Source: a virus (taxonomy: Duplodnaviria; Caudoviricetes). From it: DNA of 37,826 nucleotides. The notes under the pieces are model-generated. The model did no database searches. It saw nothing but the letters and a program-made list of their open reading frames with translations, and was not told the origin of the DNA. The translations under genes and the position numbers were made by a program. This document shows, in pieces, positions 26,566 through 35,222 of the stretch; position 1 is the first letter of the stretch; each line of letters begins with the position of its first letter. The stretch is taken from the IMG/VR virus record IMGVR_UViG_3300033143_005785, positions 1-37,826 of that record, one strand, 5' to 3'.

Positions 26566-27768
26566 TTAATGTTCCAAAATAAGATTTATCATAACAGTCG
26601 ATGTTGTTGGCGACCAATCGCTATCTGTAGTTATTTTTGCACCAACTCGCTGTCCTGCCGTAACCGCAGTTGTATCATTCGCTTGTATCGTATAACTTGT
26701 TAAAGTGTCAGCCCCACTATTAAGGCCAACTTGAAATGTTTGTGCCGACCCATTAATAGTTGCATTTGCTGTTAATGTCCCAGATGTGCAAGCGCCACTT
26801 GTAGATGCTGTTATCGCAATTATAGAACCATCAAAAGGAACAACTATTTGCTTAAGTACACCGCCTACATCAGTCCCCGGGTCAACACCGAATTCAATAT
26901 CGGATTGGCTTGCCGCACATTCAGGGTCATAAAACGAATACGTAAGCACCCTAATTTCGTCATGACCATTTATACCAGCAAAGGTCGGCGTAGCCGCTTG
27001 TTTTACACTTTGGTCAATGTCCGTAGTTACAGTCGTATATGCAGCGCCCCATTGAGTTTCCTGCGCCAATGTTATCGCTGCATTTGTTGAACCGTCTGAC
27101 ATATCATCCATATCAACATCGCCAAAGTCTATCGAATCATCGTCTATTGTGTCGTCAGCTATTTGCTCCCCATCTATCTTACCAGCCGCATTATTCCAAA
27201 CAACACTATTGATAGTGGCTGTAGTTGCAGCTAATGAAGTAAATGAACCAGCAACAGGCGTACTTCCGCCTATAATTGTGTCATCAAGTGTGCCACCATT
27301 ACCGTCGAATGTAGTAGCAACCAACGACGCAAATGTACCCGTACATGCCACATCAGCACCCATAGTCGCTCCATCAATCGTAGCTGAATTTAAATCTATC
27401 GTAGCACCGTCAGTCGTGATTAAATCTATATCATACAATGAAAGTGAATTCCCACTCGCATCGAATTCGATATAATCACCAGCAGCACTTCCATACCATT
27501 TTAAATCAGCATTATTTGTGCCATTCCCGACATTAACAACTGCATCGTCAGCAGCAAAGAGCATATAAAACTCAGAACCATCATGCAATACATAAGCGTC
27601 ACCATCAGTGCCGAAATATAATTCGATATCGTCTAACAACCAAAGCCAATCTGTTGACCTTTGAACTCCGATTGCAGTATTCCTTGTCGAATCAACTGAT
27701 GTTCCATGAACAAGAAACGGACTGACACAAAATGCTATAATTAAACTAACCAGCATTGTTTTCCTCAT
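26566..27768 (-). CDS. Putative head fibre with signal-peptide-like N-terminus
   Basis: Fibre-like repeats shared with the tail fibre, beta-rich C-terminal domain, and leader MRKTMLVSLIIAFCVSPFLVHG. Confidence 0.6.
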   Translation of the reverse strand: MRKTMLVSLIIAFCVSPFLVHGTSVDSTRNTAIGVQRSTDWLWLLDDIELYFGTDGDAYVLHDGSEFYMLFAADDAVVNVGNGTNNADLKWYGSAAGDYIEFDASGNSLSLYDIDLITTDGATIDLNSATIDGATMGADVACTGTFASLVATTFDGNGGTLDDTIIGGSTPVAGSFTSLAATTATINSVVWNNAAGKIDGEQIADDTIDDDSIDFGDVDMDDMSDGSTNAAITLAQETQWGAAYTTVTTDIDQSVKQAATPTFAGINGHDEIRVLTYSFYDPECAASQSDIEFGVDPGTDVGGVLKQIVVPFDGSIIAITASTSGACTSGTLTANATINGSAQTFQVGLNSGADTLTSYTIQANDTTAVTAGQRVGAKITTDSDWSPTTSTVMINLILEH

Positions 27769-27780
27769 TGTTTTTTAAAC

Positions 27781-27849
27781 CTCCTTTTGTCTCCTCGATT
27801 AGCCATGCGGGCGAGCCATGAGCAAACCCGCCCACATGTAAAAAAGGAG
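27781..27849 (-). promoter_or_regulatory. Structured intergenic RNA: GC-rich hairpin nested in a stem that pairs the head-fibre RBS
   Basis: mRNA CUCCUUUU (27849-27842) is complementary to AAAAGGAG (27788-27781). Inner stem AUGUGGGCGGG/CUCGCCCGCAU spans 27837-27805. Confidence 0.6.
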
Positions 27850-27856
27850 AAATGAA

Positions 27857-28267
27857 TTATGCTGCTACAGCTGTCGTAGCTGACGGGGGATTCTGTCTAA
27901 AATCAAATGCAACTAAATAGACAGCCCAAGTTGTATCCGCATTTGAATCAGCCCTCGTCCACGTGATTCTGGCATACCGCTTCAAATCCGTGACATTATA
28001 TACATTAATACCGTCTGCAGCTAAATCAGAAGCGGTAATTGTAACAGCCGAATCCGTAAATGTCCCATCACTCGTTTCGCATACTTCAAGATTTAACGCC
28101 GTAGGGACATCACTTCCTACGTCAATATCAATTATCAAAAGCCCCTCTCTCGCATCCTCGCAATCAACACTTGTGCCACCCATAGTTGTATCTGTTGCGC
28201 CTAGAGTCGTGCCCTCTTGGATCAAACGAAGTACTTTTGCTTTCCCTTCAAGTCCTAACAAAGACAT
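27857..28267 (-). CDS. Capsid decoration / cement-like protein
   Basis: Directly after the major capsid gene; SVD...G.L.I.D.G...SDGTFTD...LKRYARI pattern typical of this gene position. Confidence 0.7.
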   Translation of the reverse strand: MSLLGLEGKAKVLRLIQEGTTLGATDTTMGGTSVDCEDAREGLLIIDIDVGSDVPTALNLEVCETSDGTFTDSAVTITASDLAADGINVYNVTDLKRYARITWTRADSNADTTWAVYLVAFDFRQNPPSATTAVAA

Positions 28268-28305
28268 AATATTTACACCTCCGATATTTTAATTTATTTA
28301 TTAAT

Positions 28306-29412
28306 TTAAACCGCAATTCCCGTAAGAATCTGGAATTCGTTCGCTTGCTCAACATTAAAATCAACCCGACGTACCGCTTTTATCGTTAATCGATCAGAAT
28401 CAAATTTAAATTCTCTCGACACTTCTAAACGAATTTCCTTTTTTTGAGCAATAGAGAATTCCTCGAAGTTACCAAGAATTACATAAGACGCTGCGCCGCC
28501 GCCCTGTGTTATGGATACCTGATTTGTCCACTTTACAGGAATGCCATAGATATAATATACAAGCGCACTTACGTTCCCATTCGTCTCGGCGACAAGTTTG
28601 GCATTATTAACCATTAGATTATTACCATTTCCATCTTTTAATTCTCGCAGGGTTTCCCGTGTACGTGGATTCGCTATCCAATAATTATAACTACCATTAC
28701 GAGCATCAATAGCATACATAGCAGCCGAGAAATGGCCATAGGTAGGCGAAGCACTTATAGCAGTCTTATTAATATTAGGATTATTATACATCCCTAATGG
28801 TTCTGCACCGCCAACACCAGTCAAAGCTGCCAAATCTTCTGCCAACGAAATCCTTTTTACCAAATCTTTATTCACAAAGGAATCAGCAGCCTCAGAAGCA
28901 TCTTCGAGTAATTCGTAAGGCAAATATGTCATTGCAACAACTTTCCGTAACTTCCATTCAACCTCACCAAGCGTCTGTTCCGAGTCGGTTATCGACGCAT
29001 TATCTCCTACCCAATATGCTGTTGCTCCACCCGTCTGAATAGGTTTCTTAATCGTATCTCCCTTATCCATATTATAAACTTGTCCAGCAATCTGCCGTAT
29101 AACAGTTTTGTTTTCTAATTTTTCTATAATACCACCTGCATATTGGTCAGGAACAAGAAACCCACCACCTGTATTGGTGCTTATGGTAAGAGCTTTGTTT
29201 ATATCGATAAATTGAGTTTTCTCTTTTTCAGCAGACTGCCAATTTCCAAGAAAAGCACCCTTAATGTATTTTGCTATTGAGAATGGTCTTTTATCTTGCT
29301 CGTCCTTCGTTACAACTAAACCAGCAGATTTACGTATAGCGGTATCTTTAATAGGCTTGATAGCTGTTAAAACAGCATTCTCAAGCGTTTTTTTCAACTC
29401 TGCACTAAGCAT
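28306..29412 (-). CDS. Major capsid protein, HK97 fold
   Basis: KAL...GGGFLVP..Y...IIE.L, A.WVG.N, S/Y.ELLED, AED.A.L.G.G...PLG, GIPV, GNF and R.D motifs. Confidence 0.95.
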   Translation of the reverse strand: MLSAELKKTLENAVLTAIKPIKDTAIRKSAGLVVTKDEQDKRPFSIAKYIKGAFLGNWQSAEKEKTQFIDINKALTISTNTGGGFLVPDQYAGGIIEKLENKTVIRQIAGQVYNMDKGDTIKKPIQTGGATAYWVGDNASITDSEQTLGEVEWKLRKVVAMTYLPYELLEDASEAADSFVNKDLVKRISLAEDLAALTGVGGAEPLGMYNNPNINKTAISASPTYGHFSAAMYAIDARNGSYNYWIANPRTRETLRELKDGNGNNLMVNNAKLVAETNGNVSALVYYIYGIPVKWTNQVSITQGGGAASYVILGNFEEFSIAQKKEIRLEVSREFKFDSDRLTIKAVRRVDFNVEQANEFQILTGIAV

Positions 29413-29422
29413 AAGTTTTAAC

Positions 29423-29507
29423 CTCCTTATTGTTTTTTGTTTCGTTTGAGATTCTGTTTGTCATTGTTGTTTAGCAACTTCCGAATTCTCAAATGAGCAA
29501 TAAGGAG
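29423..29507 (-). promoter_or_regulatory. Multi-stem RNA leader sequestering the capsid gene RBS
   Basis: Perfect 10-bp inverted repeat CUCCUUAUUG (29507-29498)/CAAUAAGGAG (29432-29423). Inner stems UUUGAGA/UCUCAAA and GUUG/CAAC. Confidence 0.65.
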
Positions 29508-29561
29508 ACCGTTCTAAACTTAAAAATCGTGCAGCAATCTATTTTTAAATCACTACTTTAT

Positions 29562-29984
29562 TTATTTTTCTAACGCCTTCGTTACTAAATCCTGAATAAA
29601 TGTAGCCAACTCCTCCGCATTCGGCATGGCCTCAGGTTCTGCTTGCTTTGTTACTTCTTTTGTTTTTGCAGCAACCTCTTCTTTTTCACTATTAGAAGCC
29701 ATAATGTCCAAAAGCCCCTTAGCCTTCCCAATCTTCTCTTTTTCCGCTTCTAATTCTTTACATTTCTCCACAATAACCGCAACGGCATCATCTAACGATA
29801 TGCTTGCTTTGTCTATCTGGAGATTCTCTCCCTGCGTTTTTTCTGCCATACTTATTTCACCCCCATCTTGTTGATTATCCCGCTTAAATAAATAAAATTT
29901 CTTTTTGTTTGCTCCCTTATCTACAAGAGAAATTTCGTCAACATCTACATTTACTAACTCCTGCACTTCTTTTTCTTGTGCCAT
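29562..29984 (-). CDS. Scaffold-like protein beginning with the prohead-protease EISLVD.GAN strand
   Basis: ELVNVDVDEISLVDKGANKKKFYLFKR followed by an E/K/A-rich helical region. Start ATG 29984 after SD GAGGTG. Confidence 0.7.
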   Translation of the reverse strand: MAQEKEVQELVNVDVDEISLVDKGANKKKFYLFKRDNQQDGGEISMAEKTQGENLQIDKASISLDDAVAVIVEKCKELEAEKEKIGKAKGLLDIMASNSEKEEVAAKTKEVTKQAEPEAMPNAEELATFIQDLVTKALEK

Positions 29985-30008
29985 ATAAATCACCTCTGTA
30001 TATCGTTT

Positions 30009-31001
30009 TTAAGATGCTGGCGGCATTCCCATTACTCCCTGCGCCCTGCCGCCAATGGAAACTCCCGTAAACTTACCTTCATCAACCATTTTTATTAATG
30101 CTTCATTATTACCAATATAATATGCTTGCACCCAATCGCCTTTCTTTAACTCGAATTCAGGCACATCGGCAAGCAATTGAGCGTTTTCAATAAGAACAAT
30201 GTCATCATAAGCCTCATCAGCGTGCATAATTTTAAACTTCGGCTTATTTTTCATAAAACCTACCATTGCCTTATATATCGTTTTTTCATTCATCCAATCA
30301 CCTTGAGCATCTATTTCATTTGCACGATAAACAACGCAATATATTATATGCTCTCTTTCATCAACTTTAAATATTCTTGTCATTGATTCATGATTATATA
30401 CTTTTACTACTTCTTTACCAACCATAGCTGCTCCGCACTTAGGACATTTAACTTCACTACATGGCATCCCTTTCTTATGCTCAATTATGGCCCCACATTT
30501 AGGGCACTCACACTGACTTGCACCACCATCACCTTGCAATTCACCACCAACCCCCTGTCCCTCTCCTCTCGCTTTTTCAACAGCAGCCTCAAATTTAATT
30601 GGTTTATAATCATGTGCATCTAACCATGCTTTCGCTTCAGCAACTGAAAACTTTGTCTTATCAAAGCGAATAGCCTGAACAGAAGACTTATTATCCTTAA
30701 TACCATATATCACATCTATTCCAGCACCAAATTCATCATTTTTTCGCCTTATTCTGTCAAATTGGTCGGGATCGGCTATTCGTGCCGAATGTTCATTCGG
30801 ATATGGCTTAGAAATATCAAATATATCGCCAATATCTTTTTGTTTTAATATTAACGAACGGCTCTCAGCCTCTTTATTAATAACCGACATAACTTTGCGA
30901 AGCTGCTGTACTGACCTATTATATAAATCCTTTATCTCCGCATCACTTAAATCTTGTATATTTTGTTTCGTTACTTCCTCTGTTCGCATAGTTGCCTCCA
31001 T
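30009..31001 (-). CDS. XkdF-like prohead serine protease with N-terminal accessory domains
   Basis: C-terminal IYCVVY...IDAQGD...MH...GDWV...GKFTGVSIGG. Upstream PYPNEH domain and Gly-rich Cys cluster. Confidence 0.85.
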   Translation of the reverse strand: MEATMRTEEVTKQNIQDLSDAEIKDLYNRSVQQLRKVMSVINKEAESRSLILKQKDIGDIFDISKPYPNEHSARIADPDQFDRIRRKNDEFGAGIDVIYGIKDNKSSVQAIRFDKTKFSVAEAKAWLDAHDYKPIKFEAAVEKARGEGQGVGGELQGDGGASQCECPKCGAIIEHKKGMPCSEVKCPKCGAAMVGKEVVKVYNHESMTRIFKVDEREHIIYCVVYRANEIDAQGDWMNEKTIYKAMVGFMKNKPKFKIMHADEAYDDIVLIENAQLLADVPEFELKKGDWVQAYYIGNNEALIKMVDEGKFTGVSIGGRAQGVMGMPPAS

Positions 31002-31080
31002 TCACCAACTATAGGCTTAAAATAAGCATCTATCTTTAAAGTAGTCCTTCGCCCTTTCCTTTTTATGCCGCAACTTAAGA

Positions 31081-31290
31081 TCATCTTGCCTCAAATTGAA
31101 TGCCATTATCGCCTTTAAATGGCTTGTGATGATCAAACTTGCCATTTAAAATCTCAAAAGGAATATTTTTAGGAAATGCCTTACAACTTACGCCATCAGC
31201 AAAAATATTCTTACATTTATTACAAATACCATTATCTATTGTAATAAAAGATAAATCTTTATCAGCGAATCTCTTTGAAAATTTTGACAT
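31081..31290 (-). CDS. Small Cys/His protein, putative immunity protein of the MuF toxin
   Basis: Start overlaps the MuF-ART stop. CNKC...CKAFP.NIP.EI..G.FDH.KP..GDNGIQFE pattern. Confidence 0.6.
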   Translation of the reverse strand: MSKFSKRFADKDLSFITIDNGICNKCKNIFADGVSCKAFPKNIPFEILNGKFDHHKPFKGDNGIQFEAR

Positions 31291-32762
31291 TATAATTCCT
31301 TTAATTCTATTTCAAAAACATTAATTTTTTCATCTTGATAATTTATTACTGTTGGTCGCCTCTTAATCACTTCATATTTTGTTTTTGGCTTCATTAAAAC
31401 TTCTTTTTCTGTTTTAAATACCCCCATAGTTTCACTAATATTTACACCAGTTTTATTCGATATTTTAAATACAACATTATTTCTATTACCTAAGAATTCT
31501 CCAACAAGGTTTTTATCAGTTGTGGCACTTGTAAAAGCATCCCATTTAAATGTTTCGGCTTTTTTAATCTCTTCAAAAACATTCTTATCTAAATCACTTA
31601 ACCCTCGATATACCGTTCCTTTATATGGTTTAGATTTATTAAGTGCTCTATTTATATTTTGTATGGCGTCTTTAGTGGTCATATTTATTTTGCCATAACC
31701 TTCTCTCCAACCACGCATAACATAATCTGTTTCTTTTGTTTTCTGTGCATCTCTTATAGTGCCAAAATCCCCTCCGCCCCACATGGAAAAAGCATTTTTT
31801 TCTTTTTCATTTAAAGACTTAGCCCACGTTTCTCCTTCTAATTTTTCCTCTTCTCTTTGGCTATCTATAGGTACAGAAACTGCTACCCAAGTACATAAAC
31901 ACCAAGGATGCACTGGGATAATCCCACCCGCTTTTGCTGTTGTATATTCATGCCCATCCAAACCAGCACAAATATCACAAGCAGTCGCCCCAGCCAAAAA
32001 CCTTAACTTCTTAACCTTATTTTGCTCATAACCTAAGCGTGCTGCCTCTGTATGTGCCCGATGCGTCTCTGTCTGTGAAATCATTCGTGCCCGATAATTC
32101 CGCAATCGACGACTTTCACGATTTAATGCCTTCTCTAAATGAGCATCTGTCCAATCGCCATGCTTTTCAACTAACTTATTCCAATAATTATCTAACGACT
32201 TTACTTGCCTTGTATTCATTCCAACAACACGACGAATGTCATATCCCAGCGAAGTTATCGTTTTACCTTCCTTTATCCCACGTGCCGTCATATCCCGTAG
32301 GATTGTCTTTGTCTCGTCTGTTACCTCAACAACAAGCTTCGATGTATTTTTTCTCGCCCAGTCAACGGCTTGTGGGTCAAATAGATTAAAATCAACTTTT
32401 AATCGTGCCAACCGAACTACACTCGCCCCCGCTGCCTGCATAACATTCATAGTGGCTACGCCTACTTCAGTCTCCCCTTTCCCTTTTATTGCATTCCAGT
32501 CAATATCATCTTCAATCACGTCCACAACCGCTTTTTTCCGAATCATACGCTTATCAATGACTTTCAATACTTCCTTACGCATATATCGAAGCCAACTATT
32601 AACCGCAGGCCGCATATGTTTCCGAATTAATGTCCGCCGCAAACGACTTGTCTGTCGCTGAATAACAACATTACGACTAACAGCAAACTTCTCTATAAAA
32701 ATATCTATTATATCTAAAACATCTATTATATTTTGTTGCTTATTTATGGCTATGGAGTGCAT
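31290..32762 (-). CDS. MuF (SPP1 gp7-like) minor head protein fused to a C-terminal ADP-ribosyltransferase toxin domain
   Basis: MuF: RARMISQTETHRA, ACDIC..LDG, IPVHPWCLC. ART R-S-E triad: VYRG, FTSATT, EKEVL. Confidence 0.88.
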   Translation of the reverse strand: MHSIAINKQQNIIDVLDIIDIFIEKFAVSRNVVIQRQTSRLRRTLIRKHMRPAVNSWLRYMRKEVLKVIDKRMIRKKAVVDVIEDDIDWNAIKGKGETEVGVATMNVMQAAGASVVRLARLKVDFNLFDPQAVDWARKNTSKLVVEVTDETKTILRDMTARGIKEGKTITSLGYDIRRVVGMNTRQVKSLDNYWNKLVEKHGDWTDAHLEKALNRESRRLRNYRARMISQTETHRAHTEAARLGYEQNKVKKLRFLAGATACDICAGLDGHEYTTAKAGGIIPVHPWCLCTWVAVSVPIDSQREEEKLEGETWAKSLNEKEKNAFSMWGGGDFGTIRDAQKTKETDYVMRGWREGYGKINMTTKDAIQNINRALNKSKPYKGTVYRGLSDLDKNVFEEIKKAETFKWDAFTSATTDKNLVGEFLGNRNNVVFKISNKTGVNISETMGVFKTEKEVLMKPKTKYEVIKRRPTVINYQDEKINVFEIELKEL

Positions 32763-34047
32763 TTCGAATATCGGTTGCCAATAATTTACCCTTCTCTTGC
32801 ATCTTTGCTGCCTCTTCTCCTCTAATGCTTTCTAAATCCTCGTCAACAGGGATTAATCGTGAATCGATATAACGTATATCCCCGCCCTCGAACGGATCGA
32901 GACCAAGCGCCTGTCGTGCTTCATTCGGCGTATATATACCATATGGCATTAACTTCTCTATCTTCTGTTGCTTTTCCGATTCACTTTCAGCCAATAGGTC
33001 AGTGAAATCAAATCGATATCGCAAGTCTTCACCAAAACGAGGCATTAAAAAACTATTAAGTGTGCTCTCTACCTTCAACATCTTTGGCACAATAGTATCC
33101 TCATTAAATAATTTTCGCTGTAATTGATAATTCTCATATTTTGCTTGTTCTAATATCCCCACCATTGCCGGCGGTACGCCAAGTGTCGATAATATCTCTT
33201 CCCGATTCATGCGCCGTAATTCTGCAAATTCCATATCTTTACCACCAGAACCTAATTCTTGAAATCCTACTTCAGCAGATACCGCCGCCACATTAGTCGT
33301 TTTGTCCCTATTCTGCCATTCTCTATAAACTTTCTTTGCTTCTTTCTTACTTATTCCACTACCGAATTTCAAAAGACCTGGAGGGACGCCACCACCTTCA
33401 AAAAAAGCCTCATTATGTTTGATTGCGTATTGCTCAAGAACAACGGCGTTCTTTGCTGCCTGAATACTCCCCTGTCCCCACCAGTCGTCTATAGGCGAAA
33501 AATATTTAAAATGCAATATATCCTTAGGCTTAAACTCTTGTGCTTTTATTATTTTTCCACTTTCCCCTTCAAGAGTAAATATATATTTTTCAACCCCCTT
33601 ACCTTTTTTATCAGGTATAATACGTATTCTATCTGGTCGTAAAAGATACAACGCCATATCTTGCCCGATTCTGTTCTTACCAATTTCTAAAAAAGCATTC
33701 CCCGTAGTCTCAAGGTAAATCATTATCCCTTCAATAAGGTCATAATAACTCATTGTTCCATTTGGAGGAGAGAAAATCCGCATTGCTGAATGTGTAAGAG
33801 AATTCTCTATTTCAACTCCCTTACCATTTTTTATCTGTATTAATTTCAATGGCACCCGTGCACAAGCAGTGGAAATAGCAAATATCCCTGAATAAACCCA
33901 AGAGAAATCCCTATATAATTCCTCAAAGTCTTTGGTTTCTTGAGGGGGGGGTACCTTGCCAAGTAAAAGGTTGGAAACAATTACTGAAAATGATTTCGAC
34001 TGCTTATTTATTTTAAACGCTTGTGAAATTCTATTTAATATATTCAT
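32740..34047 (-). CDS. Portal protein, HK97 family
   Basis: WVYSGI..I, PN..MS, GNAFL, LRPDRI, ILHFKYFSP, FFEGGGVPPG, LGVPPAMVG and TPNEARQALGL motifs. Confidence 0.95.
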   Translation of the reverse strand: MNILNRISQAFKINKQSKSFSVIVSNLLLGKVPPPQETKDFEELYRDFSWVYSGIFAISTACARVPLKLIQIKNGKGVEIENSLTHSAMRIFSPPNGTMSYYDLIEGIMIYLETTGNAFLEIGKNRIGQDMALYLLRPDRIRIIPDKKGKGVEKYIFTLEGESGKIIKAQEFKPKDILHFKYFSPIDDWWGQGSIQAAKNAVVLEQYAIKHNEAFFEGGGVPPGLLKFGSGISKKEAKKVYREWQNRDKTTNVAAVSAEVGFQELGSGGKDMEFAELRRMNREEILSTLGVPPAMVGILEQAKYENYQLQRKLFNEDTIVPKMLKVESTLNSFLMPRFGEDLRYRFDFTDLLAESESEKQQKIEKLMPYGIYTPNEARQALGLDPFEGGDIRYIDSRLIPVDEDLESIRGEEAAKMQEKGKLLATDIRNALHSHK

Positions 34048-34055
34048 TTATACCC

Positions 34056-35219
34056 TTATGAAACAATTATCCATGATTTTGTATTATTAATAAAACCGAC
34101 TACAGCGTACCGTCTGGCATCAGCTCCATGCGAAAACGCATGTGTTGTTTTTTCTGTAAATTTACCGTTTTTATCCTGTATATATCGAAAGTTTCTCTGT
34201 TCCTTAATGCAATTTAGACTATTCTTAAGCCAAAATTGTTTGTATTGACGTATTTTCTGATGCCCATATTCAACACTACCCTGCCCCTTCGGGCACGGTT
34301 TAATATTAAATCCAAATCTATGTATTTCCTCTATCGACTTTGGCTCGGCAGCGTCGGCGAATATCTCGTCGTAATGGTGTTTTATCCCCAATTCGTTCAT
34401 CCGATATGCAATGGCATCGTTGGTTAAGCCAACTTCATAAATTAACTCCTCACAGTAAAGATCTGCTCCCCGAATTACACAACGAACTAATACGGTCGGA
34501 TCGTGGCTAAATCCAAAGTCCATACCATAAAATCTCTCTCCGCCCGGAGGAAATTCGTCTATTTGCTTAAAAAACGGGTATACTAACCCTTCTATCTTCC
34601 CCAATCGCCCCAAACCATATATATTCCACCAATTCGGGTCTCCCTCTTTGTTCGACTCAATATTATCAATAACTTCCTGCGGTAAAACCTTTATAGCGTC
34701 AAGATAAGTACTGTGCACATACACGTTTTCAGGCTTATCTACTAAATTATTCTCGTGTGCCCAAAATTCACTTACAGGGTTCCAATCTAAAAACGTAAAT
34801 AACCGAGTTCGAATGTCTAACTCCCGATAAGCGGTATAAGTTACATTGTTCGCTTCGTTAATAAATAAAATATCCCGACGACCGCCTCTCATCTTCGATG
34901 GTTCATCGGCAGGGAAAAACTCTATCTTCCCCTTGCCAAAATTATATATATGTTCCGTCTTATTAAATCGCTTATCATTAAAAGTATCGCCAAGAATCTT
35001 TTTAAAATCTCGAACACAACCCCTCTTTAAATGTGGCATTGATTCAGAAACAATTGATATTAAAAAATCCTCCTTTGCGTACTGAGCAATTAAAATCAGT
35101 AATTGTAATATTGAAAATGTCTTTGAGCTCGAGGTGCCACCCTCATGCAAACAACGCCTTTTGCCTGATAACCACGCCTCTGCACTCTTCTCATAAATAC
35201 TTGTGGTTATGAGCTCCAT
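34056..35219 (-). CDS. terL: Terminase large subunit, PBSX family
   Basis: Walker A-like GGTSSSKT, Walker B ILFINEAN, DWNP, nuclease GMDFGFSHDP, ADAAEP and HGADARRY. Confidence 0.96.
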   Translation of the reverse strand: MELITTSIYEKSAEAWLSGKRRCLHEGGTSSSKTFSILQLLILIAQYAKEDFLISIVSESMPHLKRGCVRDFKKILGDTFNDKRFNKTEHIYNFGKGKIEFFPADEPSKMRGGRRDILFINEANNVTYTAYRELDIRTRLFTFLDWNPVSEFWAHENNLVDKPENVYVHSTYLDAIKVLPQEVIDNIESNKEGDPNWWNIYGLGRLGKIEGLVYPFFKQIDEFPPGGERFYGMDFGFSHDPTVLVRCVIRGADLYCEELIYEVGLTNDAIAYRMNELGIKHHYDEIFADAAEPKSIEEIHRFGFNIKPCPKGQGSVEYGHQKIRQYKQFWLKNSLNCIKEQRNFRYIQDKNGKFTEKTTHAFSHGADARRYAVVGFINNTKSWIIVS

Positions 35220-35222
35220 CCC

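Noticed and set aside
33944-33951. G8/C8 homopolymer in the portal gene as a phase-variation or slippage site
   Set aside because: It simply encodes Pro-Pro-Pro in an intact essential gene, and no alternative product is evident.
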